Shown here: one piece after another, positions 8,635-17,463 of the stretch | Position numbering within the stretch: position 1 is the first letter of the stretch | Layout of the letters: each line of letters opens with the position of its first letter | Assembly (NCBI GenBank): GCA_031287585.1 | Contig: JAITST010000030.1 | Span: 1-40,283, forward strand | DNA: 40,283 nt | DNA from: Planctomycetaceae bacterium | GTDB lineage: Bacteria; Planctomycetota; Planctomycetia; Pirellulales; Thermoguttaceae | Reading direction: 5' to 3' | The notes under the pieces: generated by a model | What the model was told of the DNA's origin: nothing | Database searches by the model: none | The model's input: only the letters and a program-made list of their open reading frames with translations | Program-made: the position numbers and the translations under genes

Positions 8635-11600
8635 ATGGACATTTTAGAACGCGGGTTTGAGGTCGTCGGTGACGCTATGAACGGTATCACCAAGTGGGTC
8701 GAGACCCGGATTACTTCTCTTTTTGGGTCGGCTAACGCTCGTTATGTTAAGCGGTTGCAGCCGCGAATTGACGCTATTGCGGCGTTAGAACCTGCTTTGC
8801 GGAATATGACGGACGACGAACTCCGTTCGCAAACCGTTCTCTTCAAACGGCGGCTCGCGAGCGGTGAAACACTCGACGACATCCTTGTCGATGCGTTCGC
8901 TACTTGCCGTGAAGCGTCGCGGCGTATTACCGGTTTGCGTCATTACGACGTTCAGTTACTCGGCGGTATGGTGTTGCACAGCGGAGCAATCGCGGAAATG
9001 ATGACCGGTGAAGGTAAAACGCTTGTCGCTACGTTGCCCGCGTACCTGAACGCAATCGAAGGTAAAGGTGTTCACGTTGTCACCGTCAACGACTATCTCG
9101 CACGCCGCGATATGGAATGGATGGGACCGATTTATATGTCGCTCGGTCTGACTGTCGGCGCAATTCAGTCGAATATGGAAACGCTCGACCGGCAGAGAGC
9201 GTACAGGTGCGATATAACTTACGGTACGAACAACGAATTCGGTTTCGACTATCTGCGCGATAATATGCGTTACGCCGCAAAAGGCGACAACCATTACGAC
9301 CCGCACCACCAGCAGTCGCAAGGTCGTCTTCATTACGCAATAGTTGACGAGGTTGACAACATCCTCATTGACGAAGCGCGAACGCCGCTAATTATTTCAG
9401 GTCCCGCACGCGACGACGTTACACGGTATCGCGTTGCCGACAGTATCGCGCGACAGTTGGTTCGCGACACCGATTTTGAAGTCAACGAGAAAGACCATAC
9501 CGCTCATATGACCGATTCGGGAGTGCGGCGCGCGGAGCATCTCGCGGGTGTTGAAAGTTTTTATACCGCAGGAAATATGGAATGGCCTCATTTGATTGAC
9601 AACTCGCTCAAAGCACATCATCTTTACAAACGCGATGTCAATTACGTGATTATGGACGGCGAAATCGTTATCGTTGACGAGTTTACCGGTCGAACGATGC
9701 AAGGTCGTCAGTGGAGCGACGGGCTGCATCAGGCAGTCGAAGCGAAAGAGAACGTTAAGGTTAAAGAGGAAACGCAAACTTACGCAACTATTACGTTACA
9801 AAACTTTTTCAAGTTGTACGACAAAATCGCCGGTATGACCGGTACAGCGATGACGGAAGCGTCGGAGTTTTGGAAGATTTACAAACTCGACGTGATAACG
9901 ATTCCGACGAACCGACCGATCCAGCGTCTCGACAACCCCGACCAGATTTACAAAACTGAATCTGAAAAGTATTTTGCGGTTGTTGAAGAAATTGAGCGAA
10001 TGAACAAGTGGGACATTCTCGAACTAGGCGGCGACCGTGATATTCCCGGTACGATTCTCCGTGAAGAAGACGAGCGAATTGAGATTATTCCGAAGGGCAG
10101 TAAGCAGCCGGAGTGGTTCGATAAAAAGGACGTTCGCGAAATTAAACGCAAAGGCAGACCGATTCTCGTTGGTACTGTTTCGATACAAAAGAGCGAGGTA
10201 ATTTCGGGTATGCTTGACAGAAAGGGTATCAAACATCAGTTGCTCAACGCGAAACCGGAGTACATAAAACGCGAGGCGGAAATCGTTGCACAGGCGGGAC
10301 GTAAAGGTGCGGTGACGATTGCGACGAATATGGCGGGACGCGGAACGGACATCATTCTCGGCGGTAATCCCGAAGCGATGGCGTGGTCGATTTTGCAGGC
10401 AACGTACCCGACACGTCTGGAAGTTCCGCAGGAAGAGTGGACAAAGTTGGTGACCGAAATCGAACAACGTGAGAAGATGAAGGCGGACGGTGACGAAGTT
10501 CGCGGAATGGGCGGACTGCATATCATTGGTACCGAACGTCACGAAGCACGGCGTATTGACTTGCAACTTCGCGGACGTTGCGGACGGCAGGGCGATCCCG
10601 GAACTACGCGGTTTTTCCTGTCGCTCGAAGATGACCTGATGCGTATCTTCGCGGGTGATTGGATTAAAAATGTTATGAATTTTCTCCGTATCGAAGACGG
10701 AATCCCAATCGAAAGCGGAATGGTTACACGGCGTATCGAAGCGGCACAGAAGAAAGTTGAAGAGCGAAATTTCGACGTGCGAAAGAATTTGCTCGAATAT
10801 GATGAGGTGATGGATTATCAGCGAAAAAGTGTTTACGGTTATCGTCAACGGATTCTCGACGGTGCAAACTGCAAGGAACTGATTCTTGAGATGATTGACG
10901 AACAGATTGAGAAATACCTCAACGATTATCTTCATCGGGATTACGGCGCGGGGATGTTTGCGGCGTGGGTTTCGAGTAAGATGTCAACCGAATTTGACCC
11001 GAAAGAATTTCGCGGTATGGCTTACGACTCGGCGTGTGAGTTTGCGGCGGATTACGCAAACCGGATGGCGGAGTCAATGGTTCTTGATATGATTGAGGAG
11101 AATCTGCCGGAAGACGCGGAGCAGTCGGAGTGGAACTGGCAAGCGTTGTGTAAGGGTTCAAACACACGTTGGCATACGAATTACCGTGATACCGACTTGA
11201 AAAGGTTGGGACGTGAGAACATCGCGGAGGAAATGATAAGCAAAGCGCAACGTTATATTGATTCGGTTGACCTCTCTGACGGTAAGCAGTTTCTCGAACC
11301 TGATTTCGGGATACGGACAGCGATTGCGTGGATTAAGCAGAAGTTTGACATAACGATTGACGCGAAAGAGTACGCAGGCGAAATTGAGCCGTTACACTTT
11401 AAGAGTGAGTTGCGTAAACTGACACACGAAAAGTATCGTGAGAAGGAAGTGCAATTTCCGGTTCTCGCGGGGTTGCTTCACTTCACGATTCGTGACGCAC
11501 AGGGTAAACGTTACGACCGTGAAGGTCTAGCGGCGTGGGCGCGGGAACGGTTTGGAGTTGACTTTACGCAGGAAGATTTGAAGAACAAACAGCGTGCGGA

Positions 11601-12498
11601 AATCGAAGAGGCGATGTTTGCGCAGTCGAAAATCGCGTCGGAGAAAACGCCGGAAACGTATAAGGAACTGCGTGAGAAACTTGATGACGTGCTGAAGGCG
11701 GGCGGTTTTGACCCGGTTGAGATACGAACGGCAAACGAAACTGCTGGTCAAGTCAAACCCGGTCAACAGCATAGCGGTTCACGTTTTGCCGCGAGAAGTA
11801 TGGCGAAACAAACGACTCGTTACACCGGAAAATACGCAACGGGCAAATCACGTTCGGAGCGTGAAGTAGAGGAGAAGAAACAGAATCTCAATAAGAGTTT
11901 GCCGGAGTTGGAATCGTTTTGCAAGTGGGTTTCGACGGAGTTGCAAACGGATTTAACGCCGGAACAGGTTTCACAGTGGGACGTTCACGAGTTGGAAGAC
12001 CGCTTGTCGTCGCTGGCGGAAGACCGTTTCAATCCTGAGATACGAAAGATGGAACGTTCGTTGGTGCTGCAAATTCTGGACACGGTTTGGAAGGAACATT
12101 TGCAGGTTATCGACCAACTGCGTTCGAGTATCGGCTTACGCGGCTACGCACAAGTTGACCCAAAGGTAGAGTTCAAACGTGAGGGAATGAGAATCTTCAA
12201 CGATATGTGGGATTTGATTTATCAACGGGTAACGGACTTGATATTCAGAATGGAGCAGTTCGACCCGGACTTCATAAGTTCGACGTGGAACGAAACATCA
12301 GCAACGCACGCCGAAGCGGACGACGCAGTTCACGCTGTCGCTCATAACAGACAGACGGAAGATATAAACGACGGTAGCGAACCAGTAAAGGTAGAAACAA
12401 TCCACCGCGCTGGTCCCAAAATAGGTAGAAATGACCCGTGTCCGTGCGGCAGCGGGAAAAAGTATAAACATTGCTGTTTGAGAAAAAAACAGGGCTGA
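8635..12498 (+). CDS. secA: preprotein translocase ATPase SecA (unusually long, 1287 aa)
   Basis: Has Walker A MMTGEGKTLVATLP, the DEAD-like DEVDNILIDEARTPLIISG, TNMAGRGTDI, LRGYAQVDPKVEFKREG and the C-terminal zinc finger CPCGSGKKYKHCC. Confidence 0.95.
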   Translation: MDILERGFEVVGDAMNGITKWVETRITSLFGSANARYVKRLQPRIDAIAALEPALRNMTDDELRSQTVLFKRRLASGETLDDILVDAFATCREASRRITGLRHYDVQLLGGMVLHSGAIAEMMTGEGKTLVATLPAYLNAIEGKGVHVVTVNDYLARRDMEWMGPIYMSLGLTVGAIQSNMETLDRQRAYRCDITYGTNNEFGFDYLRDNMRYAAKGDNHYDPHHQQSQGRLHYAIVDEVDNILIDEARTPLIISGPARDDVTRYRVADSIARQLVRDTDFEVNEKDHTAHMTDSGVRRAEHLAGVESFYTAGNMEWPHLIDNSLKAHHLYKRDVNYVIMDGEIVIVDEFTGRTMQGRQWSDGLHQAVEAKENVKVKEETQTYATITLQNFFKLYDKIAGMTGTAMTEASEFWKIYKLDVITIPTNRPIQRLDNPDQIYKTESEKYFAVVEEIERMNKWDILELGGDRDIPGTILREEDERIEIIPKGSKQPEWFDKKDVREIKRKGRPILVGTVSIQKSEVISGMLDRKGIKHQLLNAKPEYIKREAEIVAQAGRKGAVTIATNMAGRGTDIILGGNPEAMAWSILQATYPTRLEVPQEEWTKLVTEIEQREKMKADGDEVRGMGGLHIIGTERHEARRIDLQLRGRCGRQGDPGTTRFFLSLEDDLMRIFAGDWIKNVMNFLRIEDGIPIESGMVTRRIEAAQKKVEERNFDVRKNLLEYDEVMDYQRKSVYGYRQRILDGANCKELILEMIDEQIEKYLNDYLHRDYGAGMFAAWVSSKMSTEFDPKEFRGMAYDSACEFAADYANRMAESMVLDMIEENLPEDAEQSEWNWQALCKGSNTRWHTNYRDTDLKRLGRENIAEEMISKAQRYIDSVDLSDGKQFLEPDFGIRTAIAWIKQKFDITIDAKEYAGEIEPLHFKSELRKLTHEKYREKEVQFPVLAGLLHFTIRDAQGKRYDREGLAAWARERFGVDFTQEDLKNKQRAEIEEAMFAQSKIASEKTPETYKELREKLDDVLKAGGFDPVEIRTANETAGQVKPGQQHSGSRFAARSMAKQTTRYTGKYATGKSRSEREVEEKKQNLNKSLPELESFCKWVSTELQTDLTPEQVSQWDVHELEDRLSSLAEDRFNPEIRKMERSLVLQILDTVWKEHLQVIDQLRSSIGLRGYAQVDPKVEFKREGMRIFNDMWDLIYQRVTDLIFRMEQFDPDFISSTWNETSATHAEADDAVHAVAHNRQTEDINDGSEPVKVETIHRAGPKIGRNDPCPCGSGKKYKHCCLRKKQG

Positions 12499-12927
12499 TG
12501 CATACGGCGAGTAAAGCCGCATAAAACGAAGGGACGTAAAAAACAGTAGTCCAAAACACGAGGCGAAGATATACTTATCACGTTTGGAAATTGCTTCCAA
12601 ACGCAATGTCGCCTCGAGCAAACATTATTTGGAAAAACTAAAGGCATACAATTACTATATGGTTTTAAGGAAACAAAAAACCTAATTTTTACTAGAAACA
12701 CATCAGTAGCAATGAGTCCCCCCAAATATAAGTCATCGTAAAACAATAAAACGCTCTTTACATTGCAATAGACGGCGGAGTTTTCTGCCTATCATCATAC
12801 AGGTAACGTTTGAAAATTACGTTACTTACATTGCTGCTTAATAGATGTTGACAAAGAATCCTTACCCCGTAGGGAAGGGTTTGCGTTGTTTCTTGACAAC
12901 AAGCGTCACTCGATACGTTTGATGTTC

Positions 12928-12992
12928 CATAATCAACAAACATTTTGAGTTACGATTACATCGCGGCACAAACAATTTTCAATCGTGTTCAG
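12928..12992. repeat. interspersed intergenic repeat family R3, copy B
   Basis: ccataatcaacaaacattttgagttacgattacatcgcggcacaaacaattttcaatcgtgttcag aligns with 3661-3720. It is preceded by a hairpin-like ccttaccccgtagggaaggg. Confidence 0.75.
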
Positions 12993-13264
12993 ACAGAAAA
13001 AATCTGGACAAGTCATTCTCTGATAGATATTTTGTGTCATCATTATCCTCCGTTTTTTTGGCGACAATTGCCACACTACAAGTATTTGCATTTTTCAAAA
13101 TTTGTCTACTGTTTTTTTTCCAAATCCAACCGGGCTTTCTCTTTTTGATTGTTTTTCAATTTCTCAAGAAGTTGTTGTCGCTTTTCCGGTTCATCTTTAA
13201 GCCAAAATTCAACTTAAACAGGGTAAGCAAAGCCGCCGCATCTTGTGAAATATCAGCACTGGTC

Positions 13265-14156
13265 TGCAAAATCTGGACGCGGAATGGGAAATAAGACATG
13301 TTTTTTTGATTTTACATTGACGTTAAAACTTGGGCTTACGTGATTTGCTTGACTTGTGAAGTGGCGGATGGTTTCGTTAGCATTTTTGTATTACACGTTC
13401 GCCCCTTACGCTTTTCTTCAATACACTTTTTGCGTTGTTAAGTAATTGCGATTATATAAACTCGTTCATTGCTTTGTTGTATATGACTAAAAACTTTTCC
13501 GAACATTACATCAACGACATCACTCGTTCGGCGGTTTTACTTTACCAAAATATAACTGGCTCGGCTTATTATAACTTAACGACGAATGTACACGTTCATC
13601 GTTATACCAATCAATAAAACTTTTCAATCGAAATTGTCGAGCGCGTCTTGCTAACATTCAACACAAAAATTCACGTCCATCGTGTTCGATAACCACCACG
13701 ACAAAATCGTCCGACTATACCAATCGATAATCGCGGTCAAGTACATAAACTATTGTGACAACGCAACATACGTAATGTCGGTTGACCAAATATGGTTCAG
13801 TCGCTACGGCACAACATCGTAAATAGTCATTCTCCATTGTGAGACGACCAACTTTTTGTAACAAATCCGCGATGTCAACATCGTTTGCGACGGGCGGCTT
13901 CTTGCTGCGACCATCGGCAAACAACTCGGACATTCGTTCGAGCAACTGCGACTTCGCAACATTGACCGAATGAACTTCGTAATTCGCCGCAATCTCGCTG
14001 ACTGTCAACTCCTGACGAACAGCAGCCAACGCAACTTTCGACTTAAACTCCGGCATGTAAGTGGTGCGTTTTCTACTCATAAGGGATTCCAAAAACGGGG
14101 GTTAAAAAAAGTATATTTTATATCTTATTCCCCCCATTCCGCGCCCAGTTTTTGCA
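13265..14156 (-). mobile_element. internally deleted IS3-family insertion sequence (non-autonomous)
   Basis: Imperfect terminal inverted repeats of about 33 bp begin TG and end CA: tgcaaaatctggacgcggaatgggaaataaga at 13265, and the reverse complement of 14123-14156, tgcaaaaactgggcgcggaatggggggaataaga. It is flanked by a 3-bp direct repeat GTC (13262-13264 and 14157-14159). It contains an OrfA-like HTH gene and two OrfB remnants on the minus strand, from my own translation: LTAIIDWYSRTILSWWLS (13687-13740) and IDWYNDERVHSSLSYNKP (13562-13615). At 892 bp it is too short for an intact IS3 member. Confidence 0.7.
13715..14080 (-). pseudogene. IS3-family transposase OrfA (HTH_Tnp_1-like) with degenerate C-terminus
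   Basis: MSRKRTTYMPEFKSKVALAAVRQELTVSEIAANYEVHSVNV...KVGRLTMENDYL resembles IS3/IS911 OrfA proteins (FKxxVALEAL...TVxEIAxxxxVHPNQV...ENDFL). The tail after ENDYL is out-of-family read-through. Confidence 0.65.
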
Positions 14157-14168
14157 GTCCACCGCTAA

Positions 14169-14426
14169 GTGAAAGATTGGTTAGCGAAGCATAAGAAGAT
14201 AAATCTACATTTTTTATCGGGCTACAGTCCGAATCTCAACTTGATCGAACGGCTTTGGAAATTTTTCAACGAAAAGGTTCGGAACAATCGGTATTACGCT
14301 TCTTTTAAGGAATTTACGGAGGCGTGCAAGAGTTTCTTTCGCTGCCGAAAGAAATGGACGAAAGAGCTACGCTCTCGAATCACCGAAAAATTTCACCAAT
14401 TCAATGCAAATGTTTCAAGTAATTAG
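14169..14426 (+). pseudogene. IS630-family transposase, C-terminal fragment
   Basis: VKDWLAKHKKINLHFLSGYSPNLNLIERLWKFFNEKV matches the conserved IS630/Tc1 DDE C-terminal block (WLxxHxxIxLxFLPxYSPxLNxIExxW). No N-terminal or catalytic upstream part is present, and there is an in-frame TAA just upstream. Confidence 0.6.
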
Positions 14427-14690
14427 GGGATAACGTTGGCAAATCAGTGAAAGATTCATTGAAACTGACTTGGCTGCGTCTCGGAATTGCGATAGAATAC
14501 TCTGTTGACAATCTATTGTCGGAAGTGGAGGTGAAGGTCTGTTTTTTTTGTACTTACACCGAACACCCACTTTTTTGCAAGAGCAAAATTTGGAATGTGC
14601 AGTTTACATATTCAATCAAATCTGGTATGCTACTCTGTTTGTTAATTTCCCTTAATTGTTGATATTGCATTATTCATAACACATACCTAA

Positions 14691-16712
14691 ATGGACATAC
14701 TTGAGTTAATTCTTCCGAAAATTCGGTCGCCGAAGGATTTGCGGGGGCTTTCTGGACGGCAGATTCGTTTGTTGGCGGCGGAGATTCGGGAGGAGTTGTG
14801 TCAGGTCTCTGACAAGCGTTCGGTACATTTCGCGTCGAATATGGGCGTTGTCGAGTTGACGATTGCTTTACACGCTTCGTTTGACTTTTCGCACGACCGC
14901 CTTATCTGGGATACCGGTCACCAATGTTATCCGCACAAATTGTTGACCGGACGTTTTTCCGAATTTTCCTCTATGCGGACACGCGGCGGTTTGATGGGCT
15001 TTCCGAACCCCGGAGAGAGTGAGTACGATTTGATGATGACTGGTCACGCCGGTTGCAGTGTCGGCACGGCTCTTGGTATAAAAGTTGGCGACGAATTGGT
15101 TGACAGTACTGACAAACGGTATAGTGTCGCGGTTGTCGGTGACGCGGCGTTTGCGTCAGGGTCAATCTTCGAGGCGATGGGTCACGCGGGCTGGTTACGG
15201 AAAAACATAACGATAATTCTCAACGACAACAAGATGGGAATCTGTCCGCGAACGGGCGGCATTTCCGGCACGCTCGACCGCCTGCGAATGGCGCGAACGT
15301 ATCTCGGATTCAAACATTCGCTGCGTTACATCATCCGCAACATTCCGTTTGCTAACAAGTTTGCCGAACGGTTTCTCAGCGGTTTCAAAGACGGAATCAA
15401 AGCGGCGTTCATTGGCGGTATGTTGTTTGAAGAACTTGGATTTCGGTACATCGGTCCCATTGACGGTCACGATGTCGCGAAGTTAAGGCGATACTTTCAA
15501 CTCGTTCGGAAGTACGAAGAACCGGTTTTGCTTCACGTGTTCACACAAAAAGGATGCGGTTTTGAGGCGGCGGAAGAAGACCCGACCGTCTATCACGCGC
15601 CGTCACCGACGCTTGTTCGTCAGCATCATTACGACGAGAACGGGCATTCAACAATTACGTCTGGTGGTATCACCAGCAGTCGTAAACGAATCAAGCATCT
15701 GTTTTCGGCGAGCAGCGACGACGGGAGTTTACCGGCTACGAAGAACGGTTTGGTTTCGTCGTTCACGCAGCAGATTAGCGAGGCGGTGTTGAATGTCGCG
15801 GACGAGAACGGGCGGACGGTAGTTGTGACGGCGGCGATGACGCAGGGAACGATGTTAGAACAGTTTCGCGATATGTTTCCGAAACGGTTTTTTGATGTCG
15901 GGATTTGCGAGTCGCACGCGGTAATCTTCGCGGCGGGATTGGCGAAGGCGGGTATGCGACCGATTGTCGCGATTTATAGTACGTTTTTGCAGCGTAGTTA
16001 CGACCAGATTTTTCAGGAATTGTCGTTACAACGATTACCGGTTTTGTTGTTGCTCGACAGAGCGGGTGTTGTTGGTGCGGATGGACCTACGCATCACGGC
16101 GTATTCGATATTGCGTACTTGCGGCCGTTTCCGAATTTCGTTCTGATGACACCGGGCGACGCGCTCGATGTTGAGCCGATGGTATGTTTTGCAATGACGC
16201 TGAATTGTCCGACGGCGATTCGGTATCCGAAGGCGGACTCGCCATTTGTTGAACGGGAACTGGTTGACATCGAATTAGGGCGGGCGGAACGGGTACGCGA
16301 AGGGATTGACGGCGACATACTGGTTTGCGGCGGACATTTGGAGTTAGCACTCAACGCGGCGAAGGAAGTTGGTAAAAATCTCGACGGGATGGGACGTGTT
16401 GATTTGGGAGTAATCAACGCACGATTCATCAAACCGCTGGACACGGAAATAATTTTCGAGTCATTGAACAAGGGGAAGTTTATAGTAACAATGGAGGAAG
16501 GAATGTTGGCGGGCGGATTCGGGAGCGCGGTACTGGAAGCGGCGGCAGAGGCGGGCTTCGATACAAGGTTGATAAAGAGAATCGGAATCGGTGACCATTA
16601 TGTAGAACACGCGGAACGGAGCGAGCAATTGGAGTCGTTGGGTTTTACGGAACGACATATAATAGAGATTTGCAGAGAATTGCAATACAAGATTAAACCG
16701 ACGTTGAAGTAG
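14691..16712 (+). CDS. dxs: 1-deoxy-D-xylulose-5-phosphate synthase
   Basis: 673 aa. Has the SPKDLRGLSGRQIRLLAAEIREEL N-terminus, WDTGHQCYPHKLLTGR, the GDAAFASG TPP-binding region, FDVGICESHAV and DGPTHHG. An extra low-complexity insert of about 50 aa begins at LVRQHHYDENG. Confidence 0.9.
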   Translation: MDILELILPKIRSPKDLRGLSGRQIRLLAAEIREELCQVSDKRSVHFASNMGVVELTIALHASFDFSHDRLIWDTGHQCYPHKLLTGRFSEFSSMRTRGGLMGFPNPGESEYDLMMTGHAGCSVGTALGIKVGDELVDSTDKRYSVAVVGDAAFASGSIFEAMGHAGWLRKNITIILNDNKMGICPRTGGISGTLDRLRMARTYLGFKHSLRYIIRNIPFANKFAERFLSGFKDGIKAAFIGGMLFEELGFRYIGPIDGHDVAKLRRYFQLVRKYEEPVLLHVFTQKGCGFEAAEEDPTVYHAPSPTLVRQHHYDENGHSTITSGGITSSRKRIKHLFSASSDDGSLPATKNGLVSSFTQQISEAVLNVADENGRTVVVTAAMTQGTMLEQFRDMFPKRFFDVGICESHAVIFAAGLAKAGMRPIVAIYSTFLQRSYDQIFQELSLQRLPVLLLLDRAGVVGADGPTHHGVFDIAYLRPFPNFVLMTPGDALDVEPMVCFAMTLNCPTAIRYPKADSPFVERELVDIELGRAERVREGIDGDILVCGGHLELALNAAKEVGKNLDGMGRVDLGVINARFIKPLDTEIIFESLNKGKFIVTMEEGMLAGGFGSAVLEAAAEAGFDTRLIKRIGIGDHYVEHAERSEQLESLGFTERHIIEICRELQYKIKPTLK

Positions 16713-16756
16713 AGAATAATTCGCGAGTGAGCGTGGGTGAGTAAAAAGTAATGCTC

Positions 16757-16785
16757 TTGACGTACATAAATTTTTTCAGTACAAT
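16757..16785 (+). promoter_or_regulatory. putative sigma70-type promoter upstream of fxsA
   Basis: TTGACG (16757-16762), a 17-nt spacer, then TACAAT (16780-16785), about 70 nt upstream of the fxsA ATG. Confidence 0.4.
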
Positions 16786-16855
16786 TGCCTGTTTACATAT
16801 TGTTTCGTCCGTAACACAAAAACTCTAACTGACCATTCTAAATTTTACAATCACA

Positions 16856-17302
16856 ATGTTTCCATATATCGCGTTGGCAATAGTCACGTTGCCAGTTATT
16901 GAACTTTTAAGTCTGTACCTGATGTGGTGGGGAATGGGCGTAATTGCGATGGCGTTGTGGATTATCCTGACCGGATTTTGCGGTATAATTTTCGCGAAGA
17001 GTCAAGGTATGCGGTATTGGCACAGAATTAACGCCGAACTGGACAAAGGGGAACAGCCGACAGATTCCGTACTGCACGATTTGCTAATAGTGTTCGCCGG
17101 ATTCGCGTTAGTATTACCGGGACTATTCACAGATATCATAGGATTCGCGTTGTTCCTGCCGCCAGTCCGTAATCGTGTAATCAACAGAATAAAAAAGACG
17201 TTCACAATGTACAGGAAAAAAAGCCAATCATCAGCATCAGCATCGGAAACAGTAAATTCAGCCAACGAATACAACGCACGAGAAGATGTGATAGATGCGT
17301 AA
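16856..17302 (+). CDS. fxsA: FxsA family inner-membrane protein
   Basis: 148 aa with hydrophobic helices and the characteristic LPGLFTDIIGFALFLPPVRNRV motif of the FxsA/UPF0716 family. Confidence 0.7.
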   Translation: MFPYIALAIVTLPVIELLSLYLMWWGMGVIAMALWIILTGFCGIIFAKSQGMRYWHRINAELDKGEQPTDSVLHDLLIVFAGFALVLPGLFTDIIGFALFLPPVRNRVINRIKKTFTMYRKKSQSSASASETVNSANEYNAREDVIDA

Positions 17303-17463
17303 CATAATAACTCAAACTGTAAAGAAATGAGTAATAATAAACAAATCTAGTCCTTGTCCGACGGATATTGCCGCTTGAACATAAATGGTATAGAATGTGG
17401 AATAAATAAGCGGCGTATTACGCTACTTGAATAAATTTGCTAACTAAATCCAATTAACCAATA

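Noticed and set aside
10024-10935. 303-aa ORF on the minus strand inside secA
   Set aside because: It lies entirely antisense to a strongly supported SecA coding region, has no recognisable motifs and has an odd composition. It is a typical shadow ORF.
13034-13294. 86-aa T-rich plus-strand ORF
   Set aside because: It is mostly Phe/Leu low-complexity translation of a T-rich tract. Only its last codons are of interest, for frame continuity with the IS630 relic, and that is discussed as a finding rather than a gene.
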